Assembly (NCBI RefSeq): GCF_021869535.1
Contig: NW_026262690.1
Location: 79,918,001-79,982,000 of the forward strand
DNA length: 64,000 bases
Direction of reading: 5' to 3'
DNA from: Mytilus californianus
Lineage: Eukaryota
Every line of letters starts with the position of its first letter. Positions within the stretch are counted from its first letter, which is position 1. Shown here piece after piece: positions 61,069-64,000 of this stretch. The notes beneath the pieces were generated by a model. That model saw only the letters and a program-made list of their open reading frames with translations. It was not told where the DNA came from and searched no databases. Made by a program: the position numbers and the translations under genes.

Positions 61069-61992
61069 CACAAGAGTGCACACAATGAAATGCCTGCTTT
61101 ACTTATATCATGATTGAATTTATGTTGAAAGTCTGTATTATGAAGGTTTTACTACAACAAACACATAAACTTAACAATATCAATGATCCATGTAATGTTG
61201 TGAAGGTCGGATAAACCTTGCCAGACAGACTTGTACACCCTACAATCATACCATGCACCAACCATAATTAGCCTATTGATTATAGTATCTAAGAAACAGA
61301 TCTAATTTTAAAAATTGAACATTGACCAATGAACCATAAAAATTAGGTCAAGGTCATATGAACCTTGCCAGAAGTTATGTACACCCTACAGTCAAATCAT
61401 GCACCAAATATAATTAGACTAAACATGCAATCATTCCATACATGGAATATCATTTAACTATTGCTTATAGTATCTGAGAAATAGACATAACTATAAAAAC
61501 TTTACATTGAAACATGAAAATGAGGTAAATGAATCGATGAAACCTGCGAGACGGACATGTGCACCTTACAATAATTCCATACACCAAATATAGTTCACCT
61601 ATTGCTTATATCATCTGAGATACGAACTTGAACACAAAAACTTAACCTTGATCACTGATCAAGAAAACGAGACAGAGGTCAGGTGAACCCTGTCTGACGG
61701 ACATGTAGACTTTGCAAGGATCACATACATCAAATAAAATTATCCTTTAACTAACAATAAGTGAGTTATACACGTGACAAAAAAAAACTATACACTTTTT
61801 TGAAGCAGTCGCTGAACCGTGAAAATGAGTTCAAGGACAATAGTCATATGACAGACAGAAACTTGATAATATAAGGCAACTGCATATCAGGTATGAAGCA
61901 TCCAGGTCTTTTACCTTCTGAAATATAAAGCTTTATACAAATAGTTTACTCCACTGCTGTCGAATAGTAATCCCTAGCAGGCGAGACAAAAA
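61069..61992 (+). mobile_element. HINE-like family 1 copy 4 (diverged, about 5 units)
   Basis: 5' caagagtgcacacaatgaaatg and degenerate units. The 3' ggcgagacaaaaa is the reverse complement of the family 5' motif tgtctcgcc. Confidence 0.65.
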
Positions 61993-63419
61993 TGGTGATT
62001 CTGATCATGTTTACCTGCATCAAAAGGAGAGAATTTAATTATACCTATCAAAAGGGGAACTTATCTAAATTACAACAACAATACATGACCTTTAGGCAAA
62101 AAGTTAGTAAAGATCACATATTTTTTTTTTTTATTTTTTCTTGAATTTAGGAGGATGCCATATGCATTGCCGTTAATTCTGTTCATACTTGATGTGAAGA
62201 TGAAACTTTTATGAGATAAATGTTTTTAGAGATCAGTTTTTCTGAAAACTACTACTAGTACTTAATTTTCTGAGAGGCTTATTTTAGTAAATTACAAGTA
62301 TTTAATTTTGTTCCGATTTTAGTGAAAAGCAATGGGTTATCCTCTTACATCAAAGCATGATTAGGGTAAAGAAACATTTCTAAGATAACCTTTTTAGATA
62401 CCAGCATTCGTTATCTACAGAAATAATTCCTTGTGTAGCTAGAAGTAGCAGTACTAGTGTGCACACAAGGAGCTTTGAACTAGTGAAATAGTACAATGGC
62501 TCATGGATTTTAAGGTTAATTTATATCAACTCTAGAAATTTATATATAGTCTGTTTTTTTCACCTTGAATAAGGATTTGTCTAAAGAGAGTATTTTTTAT
62601 ACAGGACTACAAGCACAAGAGACATTTTTTGCCCGGTTTAAGAATTGAGATTGAACAAATTTTGAACAATGTTGCAACAATGCCGAAGAAATGTCAACTT
62701 ATTCCTATTGCTAAAGTATATGATTATCACTGTTTTGTATTATTTGCCAAAAAAAAAACACTAGAAAATTACCAATGCTTTATCTCTCGTTTCTGCACAA
62801 CAAACTTTAGAGTGAGTGACATATATCTGTTGCCAATATGCATGACAATTCATACCATATCAATAAACCAGGAGAATGAATGTCAATAAATGATGTAACA
62901 TAAACTAGTTAGCATAACCATTTACACAATTTTTAAACCAATTATTATCTTGCCAAAACCATAATCCGCATTTTGCAATTATGAAAAAACAACCCATCAT
63001 TTTGTAATGTGAGTAAATTAAATAGAATAGCTTCATATTTTTGCATTTGGATTCTAATGTAAGTTTCTGTCTATTTTCAATGTCAGGCATTTTTACATGT
63101 GTATTTTTCAATTTTTGAATTGATTATAATAGTTAACCATATTGGACCTAGTTAATGGATACCAGAATATTTTTGTAGGTGAAAAGTCACTTTCTACTGT
63201 GTGCAGTCCTTCATGTGGAAGTAAAATGGTTAACTTTAATTATGTGCAAAGCAAAGAAAAAGTGGTATACCTATGCGCAAGTTTAGATTTTAATGGCATT
63301 ATTTGTGATTTGATAAAAAAATAATAGAATAAAAATGCAAAATTACAAGAGTAGACGCAGCAGTAAATTTAAAACAAATCTGACTTTCAAAACAAAGATT
63401 AATCAGATATTTGTAATGT

Positions 63420-64000
63420 TGTGTGATGTTTGGATGTTGGAGGAATCTGAGTTGAAAACTGTAGGAGGAGTTGATTACAAAAATGTGGTACCCTCTTTTG
63501 CTGGAAAATAACTAGATTCTCAAGTACGGAAAAATGTAAAAACATTCTTCAAACAATTCCATAACAGCAGGTGCACAACTTCAACATATGAATAATTTGT
63601 TTGTTTAGTCTTATGGAAAACTGTAAGGCAGTCTTTCATAAATTTTGCTGAAAAAAGATTAAGTTCTAAAGTCTGGAAAAATGATAAAAAATCTTCAAAC
63701 AATCCCATAATAGCTGGTGCACAACTTCAACATATGTGCAATCTTCCTGTGAAAATACAGGGATCTGGGTTGAAAACTGTAGGAGGAGCTGATAACACCA
63801 AACTTGTATCCTATTTCATGAATTCTGCTGAAAAAGGACTAAGTTCATAAGTCTGGAAAAATGAGAAAACAATTCTGTAATAGCAGATGCACTACTTCAT
63901 CATACGTGCAATCTTCCTGTGAATTTTCGGGGAGCTGGGTTGAAAACTGTAAGAGGAGTTCATTACACAAATTTGGTCCCCACTTCTCGCCACCAGGCCG
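63420..64000 (+). repeat. Tandem array of about 160-170 bp units, probably internal to a HINE-like element, running off the window end
   Basis: ttgaaaactgta(g/a)gaggag recurs at 63452, 63770 and 63940, with a degenerate copy near 63613. Confidence 0.6.

Overview
AT-rich, CpG-depleted eukaryotic genomic DNA. The high-copy repeats and the B-box/beta-propeller gene point to a bivalve mollusc, most likely a mussel (Mytilus-type); this is inferred from sequence style only. Three spliced housekeeping genes lie head-to-tail on the minus strand and were rebuilt exon by exon with canonical GT-AG sites and intact frames: ALDH6A1 (15 coding exons, 528 aa, 48463-30497), LIN52 (6 exons, 112 aa, 25784-15847) and the MOCS1A cistron of MOCS1 (9 exons, 396 aa, 12820-3618). 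MOCS1B was not found and probably lies left of base 1. The right quarter is repeat-rich. It holds a nested PIF/Harbinger-like rearrangement, an isolated and apparently damaged APLF-like terminal exon, a 5'-truncated degenerate LINE, and an intact single-coding-exon RING-less TRIM-like gene (+, 57439-59130). Introns carry a TIR/TSD-bounded MULE, several MITEs, tRNA-derived SINEs and many satellite-bearing Helentron/HINE-like elements. I found no rRNA, tRNA gene or CRISPR array, and I cannot claim a wholly new system. The best leads are two splice donors flanking the MOCS1A stop 14 nt apart, the ALDH6A1-LIN52 linkage, donor-less exon-fragment copies in ALDH6A1 introns, a promoter-like island inside a MOCS1 intron, and the orphan APLF-like exon. 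All coordinates and alignments were done by hand.
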